Shown here: positions 18,976 to 26,511 of the stretch, in pieces
How the letters are laid out: each line of letters begins with the position of its first letter
Numbering within the stretch: position 1 is the stretch's first letter
Origin: Ignicoccus hospitalis KIN4/I
GTDB taxonomy: Archaea > Thermoproteota > Thermoprotei_A > Sulfolobales > Ignicoccaceae
Assembly: GCF_000017945.1 (NCBI RefSeq)
Contig: NC_009776.1
Coordinates: 510,001 to 542,000 of the forward strand
DNA: 32,000 nt
Direction: 5' to 3'
Made by a program: the position numbers and the translations under genes
The notes under the pieces: generated by a model
Seen by the model: only the letters and a program-made list of their open reading frames with translations
What the model was told of the DNA's origin: nothing
Databases searched by the model: none

Positions 18976-19395
18976 TTGGAAGTGCCGGCCGCGTGGAAGA
19001 AGTTTAGGTACCGCGGGAAGACGTTGGAAGAGCTGTTGGAGATGCCCCTAGACGACTTCATAGAGTTGTTGCCGGCTAGGCAGAGGAGGAGTTTGAAGAG
19101 GGGCTTCAACGACGCTCAGAGGAGGCTCTTGGAGAAGGTGTTAAAGGCCCGAAAGGAAATGGAGAAAGGCAAGAAAGTGAAGATAAGGACCCACGTGAGG
19201 GACATGGTCATACTCCCGATAATGGTAGGGCTGACTATAGAGGTTTACAACGGCAAGGAGTTCGTGCCGGTCAAAATAGTGCCGGAGATGATAGGGCACT
19301 ACTTGGGAGAGTTCAGCCACACCACCGCCGTGGTCAAGCACGGTGAGCCCGGCCTGAAGGCGACCAGGAGCAGCTTGTTCGTAGCGGCCAAGTGA
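18976..19395 (+). CDS. rps19: 30S ribosomal protein S19 (uS19)
   Basis: 139 aa; [58 protein letters not shown]. Confidence 0.97.
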   Translation: MEVPAAWKKFRYRGKTLEELLEMPLDDFIELLPARQRRSLKRGFNDAQRRLLEKVLKARKEMEKGKKVKIRTHVRDMVILPIMVGLTIEVYNGKEFVPVKIVPEMIGHYLGEFSHTTAVVKHGEPGLKATRSSLFVAAK

Positions 19396-19405
19396 GGTGT
19401 GAACC

Positions 19406-19885
19406 GTGCCCACGTGGCATTACTCCACTGATATAGCTGAGAAGAACCCGGAGAAGACCGCCAAAGCGATGATGTGGGACGCGCCGATATCGCCCAAGGA
19501 AGCCACGGAGCTTGCGAGGGTGATAAGGGGTATGAAACTAACTGAGGCCAAGGCTTACCTTGAGAGAGTAATAAAGATGGAGGAGCCCGTGCCTTATAGG
19601 AGGTACCACGGAAAGGTAGCCCACAAGAGGGGGCTGGCGGACAAGCACGGGATCCCCATGGGGAGGTACCCGGTAAAGGCCGCCAAGTACTTCCTGAAAT
19701 TATTAAAGAACGTCGAGGCTAACGCGGAGTTCAAGGGGCTCGAGGTAGAAAAGCTAAAGATAGTACATATTGCCTCTCACAAGGGGATGACGATTAAAAG
19801 GTGGATGCCCCGCGCCTTCGGGAGGGCCACGCCCGAGTTCGAGAGGAGGACTCACCTAGAGGTGATCGTGGAGGAGGTGGAGTAA
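19406..19885 (+). CDS. rpl22: 50S ribosomal protein L22 (uL22)
   Basis: 159 aa; AKAMMWDAPISPKEATELARVIRGMKL, VPYRRYHGKVAHKRG, GRYPVKAAKYFLKLL. Confidence 0.97.
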   Translation: MPTWHYSTDIAEKNPEKTAKAMMWDAPISPKEATELARVIRGMKLTEAKAYLERVIKMEEPVPYRRYHGKVAHKRGLADKHGIPMGRYPVKAAKYFLKLLKNVEANAEFKGLEVEKLKIVHIASHKGMTIKRWMPRAFGRATPEFERRTHLEVIVEEVE

Positions 19886-19886
19886 G

Positions 19887-20612
19887 TTGAGCGTGGCTAA
19901 AAAGAACATAAAGAAGTACTTCTTGGAACAAGCCTTAACGCAAGTCAAGGTTGACGAGTACCTAGCGTACAAGTTTCACAGCGTGGGCTACAGCAAGGTA
20001 GAGCTGCAGAAAACGCCCATGGGTACGAGGGTCATAATATACGCGGAGAGGTCGGGAGCGATAATAGGGAGGAGGGGCCAGACCATTAAACAAATAACGA
20101 AGGTGTTGGAAGAGTGGTTCGGCATACCCAACCCTCAAGTGACCGTAGTAAAGGTTGAGGAGCCCGAGCTAGACGCTAGAGTCATGGCCTTCAGGCTGGC
20201 GAACGCCCTCCAGAGGGGGTTCCACTTCAGGAGGGCCGCCTACACGACCCTCAGGAGGATAATGGGGGCGGGGGCTATAGGGGCCCAAGTGAAGGTCTCC
20301 GGCAAGCTTAGGGGCGAGAGGGCGCGCTTCGAGAAGTACATAGCCGGCAAGGTCTACAAGAGCGGCAACCAAGTGGTCAGGTTGACCGACAGGGCGATAG
20401 CGCACGTCTTACTCAAAGTGGGCGTAGAGGGTGTAGAAGTAATCATATCGAAGAAGAGCGAAGAAGAGAGGCCGGACGACGAGGTTAGGATAAAGAGCCC
20501 CGAGGAGGTCAATGAAATAGTGCAAAAGATAAGGGAAGAAATGCAACAGACCCAACCGGAAGCCCCTACGTTGGAGGAAACGGTCGAACAGAGCGGGGGT
20601 GAGACGCAATGA
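19887..20612 (+). CDS. rps3: 30S ribosomal protein S3 (uS3)
   Basis: 241 aa; KKNIKKYFLEQAL, KH domain RVIIYAERSGAIIGRRGQTIKQITKVLEEWF, GAIGAQVKVSGKLRGERA. Confidence 0.97.
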   Translation: MSVAKKNIKKYFLEQALTQVKVDEYLAYKFHSVGYSKVELQKTPMGTRVIIYAERSGAIIGRRGQTIKQITKVLEEWFGIPNPQVTVVKVEEPELDARVMAFRLANALQRGFHFRRAAYTTLRRIMGAGAIGAQVKVSGKLRGERARFEKYIAGKVYKSGNQVVRLTDRAIAHVLLKVGVEGVEVIISKKSEEERPDDEVRIKSPEEVNEIVQKIREEMQQTQPEAPTLEETVEQSGGETQ

Positions 20613-20827
20613 CTAACTTGAAGCCGGACGAAATAAGGAAGATGAGCAGGGAAGAGAGGGAACAGAAGTTAAAGGAGCTCAAAAGCGAGCTGATAACGCT
20701 GAGGTACCAAGCCAAGATGGGACACATAGACAACCCGGCTAAAATTAGGAACATCAAAAGGACTATAGCTCGGATACTCACGATAAACAGAGAAGAAGAG
20801 CTGGGCTTGAGAAGGGGCAAACAATGA
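20609..20827 (+). CDS. rpl29: 50S ribosomal protein L29 (uL29)
   Basis: 72 aa; [56 protein letters not shown]. Confidence 0.95.
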
Positions 20828-21102
20828 AACACACGCCGAAGAACGTTATTTACCACAACTTGGTGGGCCTCCGGGTAGAAGTGTTAGCTCACCCGGACCC
20901 CTCAATGAAGGGCTTGAAGGGTAGGATAATAGACGAGAGCAAGTCCTTCCTAACCATAGAGAAGGACAATGGGGAGTTGGTGAAAGTGCAGAAGCTCGGT
21001 ACCTTCGTGTTGGTGCTACCTAGCGGGAGGAAGGTTGAAGTAAGGGGGGAACTGCTAAGGGGGAGGCCTGAGGAGAGGCTGAAGAAGTTCCTAAAAGCTT
21101 AG
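20824..21102 (+). CDS. rnp1: Ribonuclease P protein component 1 (Rpp29/POP4)
   Basis: 92 aa; [42 protein letters not shown], in the conserved position after rpl29. Confidence 0.93.
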
Positions 21103-21154
21103 GCGCGAAGGCCTTGTTAGAGCTGGGCTGAAGGGAAGCTTATGGGGATTTAAA

Positions 21155-21562
21155 GTGGCGACATTAAAGTTCCCCAGCGAAGCTTCTACATGCGAAGAAT
21201 GTATATACTACTCCAAGCTCCTCAAGTACTGCCTCAAGTACAAAGTCCCAGTGGAGGACCCGCGCTCGCCCCCGTGCAAGCCGAAGGGCTACTTCATGTA
21301 CACTCGGCCGGACGAGAACACGCTTGTCGGCGAGCTCTGCCTTCCGGACGTAGGCGTCTTGAGTAAGGTGATCCCACTAAAACCCAAGGTCCGCGTGGGC
21401 GAGATACTCGACGCGTTGGAGAAAGTCGGATGTAAACCCAAAGAGAGCAAGAGGGTGAAGGACTACGTCACCATCTACTTGACGTGTCCGTGTGCAGTGA
21501 GGGCGAGCATTAAGTGTACTGAAGAAGCTTGCGTCTACAGAATAATGGGTAAAGGGAAGTGA
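21155..21562 (+). CDS. Cysteine-rich hypothetical protein, probable metal- or Fe-S-binding
   Basis: 135 aa; CEECIYYSKLLKYC...PPCKP and TCPCAVRASIKCTEEAC clusters, 10 Cys in total; stop overlaps the next ORF start. Confidence 0.65.
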   Translation: MATLKFPSEASTCEECIYYSKLLKYCLKYKVPVEDPRSPPCKPKGYFMYTRPDENTLVGELCLPDVGVLSKVIPLKPKVRVGEILDALEKVGCKPKESKRVKDYVTIYLTCPCAVRASIKCTEEACVYRIMGKGK

Positions 21563-22119
21563 AGGGTGCCCCCAGCGCGTTAATACTGCCATTCAATTAC
21601 TTTTTCGAACTCAAAGAGGACTTCTATTCAAGCGTAGCGGGCGAGGAGGCGTACTTGGTCTCCTCCCCCTTCGTAGTCAAGGCCTACTGTAGGGCAGAGA
21701 GGCTCTTGTTGAGCGTCCCCCCGGGCAGCCTCATAGCTTATGAGGAGGGACTCTTGGACTTGGGGGCTTGCGTGGCCCTCGAGTACTTCTGGTTTGAAGG
21801 GTGGGAGCTGGGATGGGAAGTGGAGGACTGGCCCGAGTGGGTAGACGAGGTCGCGAGGAAAGCCGGCTTTAGGAAGGGCAAGGGGAGGCGTTTGAATGGA
21901 ATCGAAGGGGAAGAGGGGGAGGTCGAGGTAGTCAAGCCGTGGCACCCTGCGGCGAGGGCGCTCGAGGGCCGATGCGAGGGCGGCGAAGCCGAAGGGGAGC
22001 TGCTGGCCAAGTGCGGGGGCTCGAAGTTCCTCGTGGACAACGGCGAAGAAATATTCGTAGGGAAGATAGACGAACCTTGGAGGCTCTTGCCCGTTGTCGC
22101 ATACGCCTCAAGGCGATGA
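21559..22119 (+). CDS. Hypothetical protein
   Basis: 186 aa, overlaps the upstream gene by 4 nt (translational coupling style). MKGAPSALILPFNYFFELKEDFYSSVAGEEAYLV... Confidence 0.6.
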   Translation: MKGAPSALILPFNYFFELKEDFYSSVAGEEAYLVSSPFVVKAYCRAERLLLSVPPGSLIAYEEGLLDLGACVALEYFWFEGWELGWEVEDWPEWVDEVARKAGFRKGKGRRLNGIEGEEGEVEVVKPWHPAARALEGRCEGGEAEGELLAKCGGSKFLVDNGEEIFVGKIDEPWRLLPVVAYASRR

Positions 22120-22212
22120 GGTTTGCACGTCAGGCCGACCGGTGAGGAGGATTGGCCTTTCCGAGCCAAACCCCTTTTACCGCCGAGTCTCTAACGCGTC
22201 GCGGCGACAGCA

Positions 22213-23751
22213 ATGGGGCTCCGTAAGCCCGAGGAGTACATAAGCGCTCTCAGAGAGAAGAGCAAGAGGGCCGAAATATACGTCCTCGGGGAGAGGGTAG
22301 AGGACGTCACGAAACACCCCTTCACCCTGCCGGCCGTCAAGGCCTTCGAGTGGACCTACAAGGCCCCGTGGGACCCCTACTTCTACGACAAAGAGATGGG
22401 CGTCCACCTAGCTAAGGCCTACTCGCCGTTCATAAACGAAGAGATAAACCGCTTCAACCACATCCACCAGAGCCCTCAAGACTTAGCCATTAAGGTCAAG
22501 TACTTCAGGAAGCTCTCCCACAAGGCCGGCTCGTGCTTCCAGAGGTGCGTAGGCTGGGACGCCATAAACACGATAAGCATCATCTCCTATGACATAGACA
22601 AATGGTACGAACAGAAGGGCGAGAAGCCGGAGCACTTCGAGCACTTCGGCACTTACTACGAGAGGTTCCTCAAGTTCCTCAAGTACGTACAAAAGGAGGA
22701 CATCGCGCTCGCCGGAGTCATGACCGACGCCAAGGGAGTGAGGTCCTTGAGGCCCCACGAACAGCCAAACAAGGACGTTTACGTGCACGTGAAGGAGGTA
22801 GCCGACGAAGGCATAATAGTGAGGGGAGCTAAGGCCAACATAACTGGTGTCGTAGCCAGCGAAGAGATGATTGTAATGCCTACCAGGGCCATGACGGAGA
22901 AGGACAAGGACTTTGCCATAGCCTTCGCGGCGCCGATAGACGCCGAAGGGGTCACCTTGGTAGTCGGCAGGTACACGAACGACACTAGGAGGTTCGAGGA
23001 GCCCAACGTGGACGCGCTGCCCGGAGTCTTTCCGGCTGAGGCCATAGTCATCTTCGACGACGTGTTCGTCCCGTGGGAGAGGGTGTTCATGTTTAGGGAG
23101 TACCAGTTCGCCGCCGAATTGGTCGAGATATTCTCGAGCTACCACAGGCAAGCCTACGGCGGCTGCAAGCCGGGCTTAGCGGACGTGATAATAGGCGGCG
23201 CTTACCACTTGGCGAAGCAGATGGGCATAGCCAACAAGTGCCACATACGGGAGAAGCTCACCGAGATGATATTCCTCACGGAAGCCATGCACGCCGGCGG
23301 GCTCGCCGCCGCTTGGGAAGGCAAGAAGGCCGCCTCCGGCACTTACTACGTCGACCAGATGAAGGCCAACGTAACCAAACAGATGGTCACCAGGTTCCCC
23401 TACGAAATAGCCAGGTTGGCCCACGACATAGCCGGCGGCCTGATAGGCACTTTGCCGTCTTACAAGGACTTGATGCACGAGAAGATAGGGAAGTACTTAC
23501 AGCAGTACCTCCAGTGCTTGCCCGACTACCCGGCGGAGTGGAGGCACCGCGTGCTCCGCTTGCTGGAGAACATAACTTTGAGCGTGGAGTTCCTAATAGA
23601 GAGCGTACACGGAGCGGGGAGCCCAGAGGCCCAGAGGATATGGATGAGGAGGTTCTACCCGTTGGAGGAAATGGAGGATGTCGCCCTTTCCTTGGCCGGC
23701 ATAAACCCGGAGGAGAAGCCGGAGAGGAAGAAGCAGAAAGAGCAAACCTAA
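22213..23751 (+). CDS. abfD: 4-hydroxybutyryl-CoA dehydratase
   Basis: 512 aa; SCFQRCVGWDAIN (C-x3-C Fe-S ligands) and YHRQAYGGCKPGLADVIIGGAYHLA (H-x6-C), matching the [4Fe-4S] ligand pattern of 4HBD; TRFPYEIARLAHDIAGGLIGTLPS. Confidence 0.95.
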   Translation: MGLRKPEEYISALREKSKRAEIYVLGERVEDVTKHPFTLPAVKAFEWTYKAPWDPYFYDKEMGVHLAKAYSPFINEEINRFNHIHQSPQDLAIKVKYFRKLSHKAGSCFQRCVGWDAINTISIISYDIDKWYEQKGEKPEHFEHFGTYYERFLKFLKYVQKEDIALAGVMTDAKGVRSLRPHEQPNKDVYVHVKEVADEGIIVRGAKANITGVVASEEMIVMPTRAMTEKDKDFAIAFAAPIDAEGVTLVVGRYTNDTRRFEEPNVDALPGVFPAEAIVIFDDVFVPWERVFMFREYQFAAELVEIFSSYHRQAYGGCKPGLADVIIGGAYHLAKQMGIANKCHIREKLTEMIFLTEAMHAGGLAAAWEGKKAASGTYYVDQMKANVTKQMVTRFPYEIARLAHDIAGGLIGTLPSYKDLMHEKIGKYLQQYLQCLPDYPAEWRHRVLRLLENITLSVEFLIESVHGAGSPEAQRIWMRRFYPLEEMEDVALSLAGINPEEKPERKKQKEQT

Positions 23752-23759
23752 AAGCAGCC

Positions 23760-24965
23760 TCAGTAATAGAAGTTTCCACTAAAGTACCTAATTTTTCCCC
23801 TCACTACGGTTGCCACTACCTCTCCCCAGAGGTTCATGCCCTCGAAGGGGCTGTACTTAGCTTTGCTCTCGAACTCCCAAGGCTCCACCCTCCTCCTCTC
23901 GTTTACGTCCACCACTGTGAAGGAGGCCAAGGAACCGGTCTCCAGCCTCCCCAAGTCCGGCCAGAGGCCCAGTAGCTTGGCGGGGAGCTCGGAGTAGCTC
24001 CTCACTACCTTGTTGAGGGAAATTATGCCCCTCTTGTACAAAGTTAAGAGCAAGGGCAGCGCGGTCTCCAGCCCGGGGAAGCCCGGGGGACAGTCGTAGA
24101 ATGGAAGCTCCTTCTCCCACACGGCGTGAGGGGCGTGGTCGGTTACCATCATTACGTCCTTGTTGACGAAAATGTCGAACATCATCCCCCTCCTCGGCTC
24201 GTCCCGCAGTGGAGGGTTCACCTTTGCGACGCATCCTTTTAGCTTTTCTACTTCGTTGTTTAACAATATGTGATGGGGCGTTACGTCGAACGTAAAGCCC
24301 ATTTCCTCGGCTTTTCTCGCCCCTTCCGGGGTGCTTACGTGGGTGAAGTGAACTTTAGAGAAGCCCCTAAACAGCTCCATAGCCGCCGGCTCAGCGAAGG
24401 GCGACCTCGAGAGCCCCCTCTCGCCGGGGTCGGGGCTCTCCTTGACGAACGCGGGGTGCTCGGGGTGAACCACTATCAAACCGTCATAGTTCCTCAAGAC
24501 GTGTAGGTTAGGGTAGTCCTCTGGATACACCTTCACTCCGACGACGTGTTTAGACATCGCCCTCAGCTCCTCCGGGCTTTCCGGGACCCCGGCGTACTGG
24601 TAGCAGTCGACCAAACACGTTCGCTTGAACTCTTCCAACCTTTTCTTCAATATTTCTAGATTGTTTATCTTGGGTAAGGTGTTCGGCATGTCGGCTATGG
24701 CAACTACCCCTCCCTTGAGCGCTGCCCGGGAGGCCGTCAAGGGGTCTTCCTTGTGTGACAACATGAGGCCCCTCGTGTGCACGTGCGCGTCGACCATGCC
24801 GGGCAGGGCGATCGTACCCCTCATCTCGAGGCAAGTCTCACAGTCACAAGCGGCCGAGGGGCCGCGCACCGCCAAGCGCTCCCCTTCTGAGATGAGGGTC
24901 GCCTCGACCACCTCTCCTTTATAAAATATCTTCCCCTTGTAGCCTACTGCGCACTCCTTCGCCAA
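23760..24965 (-). CDS. pyrC: Dihydroorotase
   Basis: 401 aa; GMVDAHVHTRG, GVVAIADMPNTLPKIN, VGVKVYPED, MVTDHAPHA, and C-terminal amidohydrolase FTVVDVNERRRVEPWEFESKAKYSPFEGMNLWGEV. Confidence 0.92.
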   Translation of the reverse strand: MAKECAVGYKGKIFYKGEVVEATLISEGERLAVRGPSAACDCETCLEMRGTIALPGMVDAHVHTRGLMLSHKEDPLTASRAALKGGVVAIADMPNTLPKINNLEILKKRLEEFKRTCLVDCYQYAGVPESPEELRAMSKHVVGVKVYPEDYPNLHVLRNYDGLIVVHPEHPAFVKESPDPGERGLSRSPFAEPAAMELFRGFSKVHFTHVSTPEGARKAEEMGFTFDVTPHHILLNNEVEKLKGCVAKVNPPLRDEPRRGMMFDIFVNKDVMMVTDHAPHAVWEKELPFYDCPPGFPGLETALPLLLTLYKRGIISLNKVVRSYSELPAKLLGLWPDLGRLETGSLASFTVVDVNERRRVEPWEFESKAKYSPFEGMNLWGEVVATVVRGKIRYFSGNFYY

Positions 24966-25401
24966 CGTCTTTTACCTCTTCCGCGCTAACCCCCCTCACG
25001 CGGGGCTTGATAATGCAATCAGTCCCCTCCACCCTGGCGGACGCGTCCCAAGGGGCCCTACAGAGCCCGCTCATTATCCCCGCAACCAAGCCCCTCTCGA
25101 AGGGACAGCCGTAGCTGAACCCCGGCGCGTCTCTGATTACGACCTCTTCTCCCTCCTTCTCAGCTTCCAGCCCTATCCACTTCACCAGCTCCGGTACCTT
25201 CTCTAACGCCTCTGGGGGTTCGAAGTGTTTCTTGAAGGCCGAAGAGGCCACCCGCGAACCAACCTCCCAGCCGAACTCGTAGAGGACCAAGGTGGCGAGT
25301 ATCTCGTCGCCCCTCTTGCTGACCTTGTCGTAGATCAAGGTGGGAGCGTCTATAGGTAACAACAGCGCCCTTACCTTCCCAAGCTTTATCAAGGTTCGCA
25401 C
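24919..25401 (-). CDS. Divergent V4R-like domain protein
   Basis: 160 aa; LYEFGWEVGSRVASSAF...YGCPFERGLVAGIMSGLCRAPWDASARVEGTDCIIKPRV resembles a V4R core but lacks the terminal C-x-F. Confidence 0.5.
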   Translation of the reverse strand: MRTLIKLGKVRALLLPIDAPTLIYDKVSKRGDEILATLVLYEFGWEVGSRVASSAFKKHFEPPEALEKVPELVKWIGLEAEKEGEEVVIRDAPGFSYGCPFERGLVAGIMSGLCRAPWDASARVEGTDCIIKPRVRGVSAEEVKDVGEGVRSRLQGEDIL

Positions 25402-25427
25402 ACAAAAACGTCCTCCTAGGGGTATTA

Positions 25428-25844
25428 TTAGCAGTAGAAGAGGTGGAGGAGCAAGAGCAAGCTCTCCAGTATGTCTCTGAAGGCGACCACTCCTACGGGC
25501 CTCCCCTTGTCGTCCACCACGGGCAAGTGCCTCACGTTAGCGTCCTTCATTATCTTTATAGCTTCCATTATATCCGTTTTGGCCTTGACACTTATAGGGT
25601 CTTCAGTCATCACGTCACTTGCCTTAAGCTTGACCCCTTCCTCCCCTTCGCTGAGGGCGTACAACAAGTCCCTCTCAGTTACGATGCCTATGAGCTTGTC
25701 GTCCTCTATTACCAACGCCGAACCGTAGCCGTGCTCCAGCATCTTCTTAGCGACGTCCACTACGCTCTCGTCAGGGCTGACCACTAGGGGAGGCGTGGTC
25801 ATGATGTCGTCGACCGTGAGTGGGATCTTCCTCCTACGACGCAC
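25428..25844 (-). CDS. CBS-domain pair protein
   Basis: 138 aa; two CBS repeats (VDDIMTTPPLVVSPDESVVDVAKKMLEHGYGSALVIEDDKLIGIVTERDLL / ASDVMTEDPISVKAKTDIMEAIKIMKDANVRHLPVVDDKGRPVGVVAFRDIL). Confidence 0.92.
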   Translation of the reverse strand: MRRRRKIPLTVDDIMTTPPLVVSPDESVVDVAKKMLEHGYGSALVIEDDKLIGIVTERDLLYALSEGEEGVKLKASDVMTEDPISVKAKTDIMEAIKIMKDANVRHLPVVDDKGRPVGVVAFRDILESLLLLLHLFYC

Positions 25845-25944
25845 CGCGCTTCCCTGTGGAGGTCGAAACGCGAAGGTTATTGGGTGTTAGAGGAAGGACG
25901 TCGTTATTTACCTTCGAGGAAGCCCCCTCGGAGGTGTCCGGACC

Positions 25945-26511
25945 TTGATTAGGGCGCTCCCGGCCTTGCTGGCCTTGGCGTTGCTCGTAACTGCGGAGCC
26001 ATGGGCGGTGCCAGGGTTCACCTTGGTATATTCGTACCACGTGAAGGCCTCCGGATTGTTGTCCCTCAGGGGAAAGGAAGTCAACGGCACCATAACTTAC
26101 GTCTACTTAAACACCACCGGCAACACTATATACGTTAATATGACCGTCAACGCTAACGTAACCCTTCCCAATGGAAAGATAAAGGTGTTTAAGAGTTCGA
26201 CGATAATGAAGTTTAGAGACGACGCGTCGCTGATATTCTTAACTAACAAGACGTTGGAAGGGCTAAGGGGGCAAATGCGTTGCGAGGACGGGTACTGTAC
26301 CTTGAACGTCTCCACTGAGCAAGCGTTGAACACGGGAGCTAAGGTAGTACTGAACGCCACTTCCAAGTTCGACTTGAAGTACATGGTTATGGTTGAAAGT
26401 CACAGCGTGTTGAAAATGGCGAGCTTGCACGGGAAGAGGGCCCTAGGGACCATGACCACTGAGATGAGGCTGGTTAAGATCGTTCCTCCCTCAACGGGTA
26501 ACGTCCGGTAA
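25945..26511 (+). CDS. Putative secreted or cell-surface protein with N-glycosylation sequons
   Basis: 188 aa; N-terminal hydrophobic signal MIRALPALLALALLVTAEPWAV, seven N-x-S/T sequons, beta-rich. Confidence 0.65.
   Translation: MIRALPALLALALLVTAEPWAVPGFTLVYSYHVKASGLLSLRGKEVNGTITYVYLNTTGNTIYVNMTVNANVTLPNGKIKVFKSSTIMKFRDDASLIFLTNKTLEGLRGQMRCEDGYCTLNVSTEQALNTGAKVVLNATSKFDLKYMVMVESHSVLKMASLHGKRALGTMTTEMRLVKIVPPSTGNVR

Noticed and set aside
22483-23151. 222-aa minus-strand ORF
   Set aside because: Lies fully inside abfD on the opposite strand, no recognisable domain.
23238-23975. 245-aa plus-strand ORF
   Set aside because: Out-of-frame with abfD and spilling over pyrC antisense; Arg/Pro/Ala/Gly-rich non-protein-like composition.
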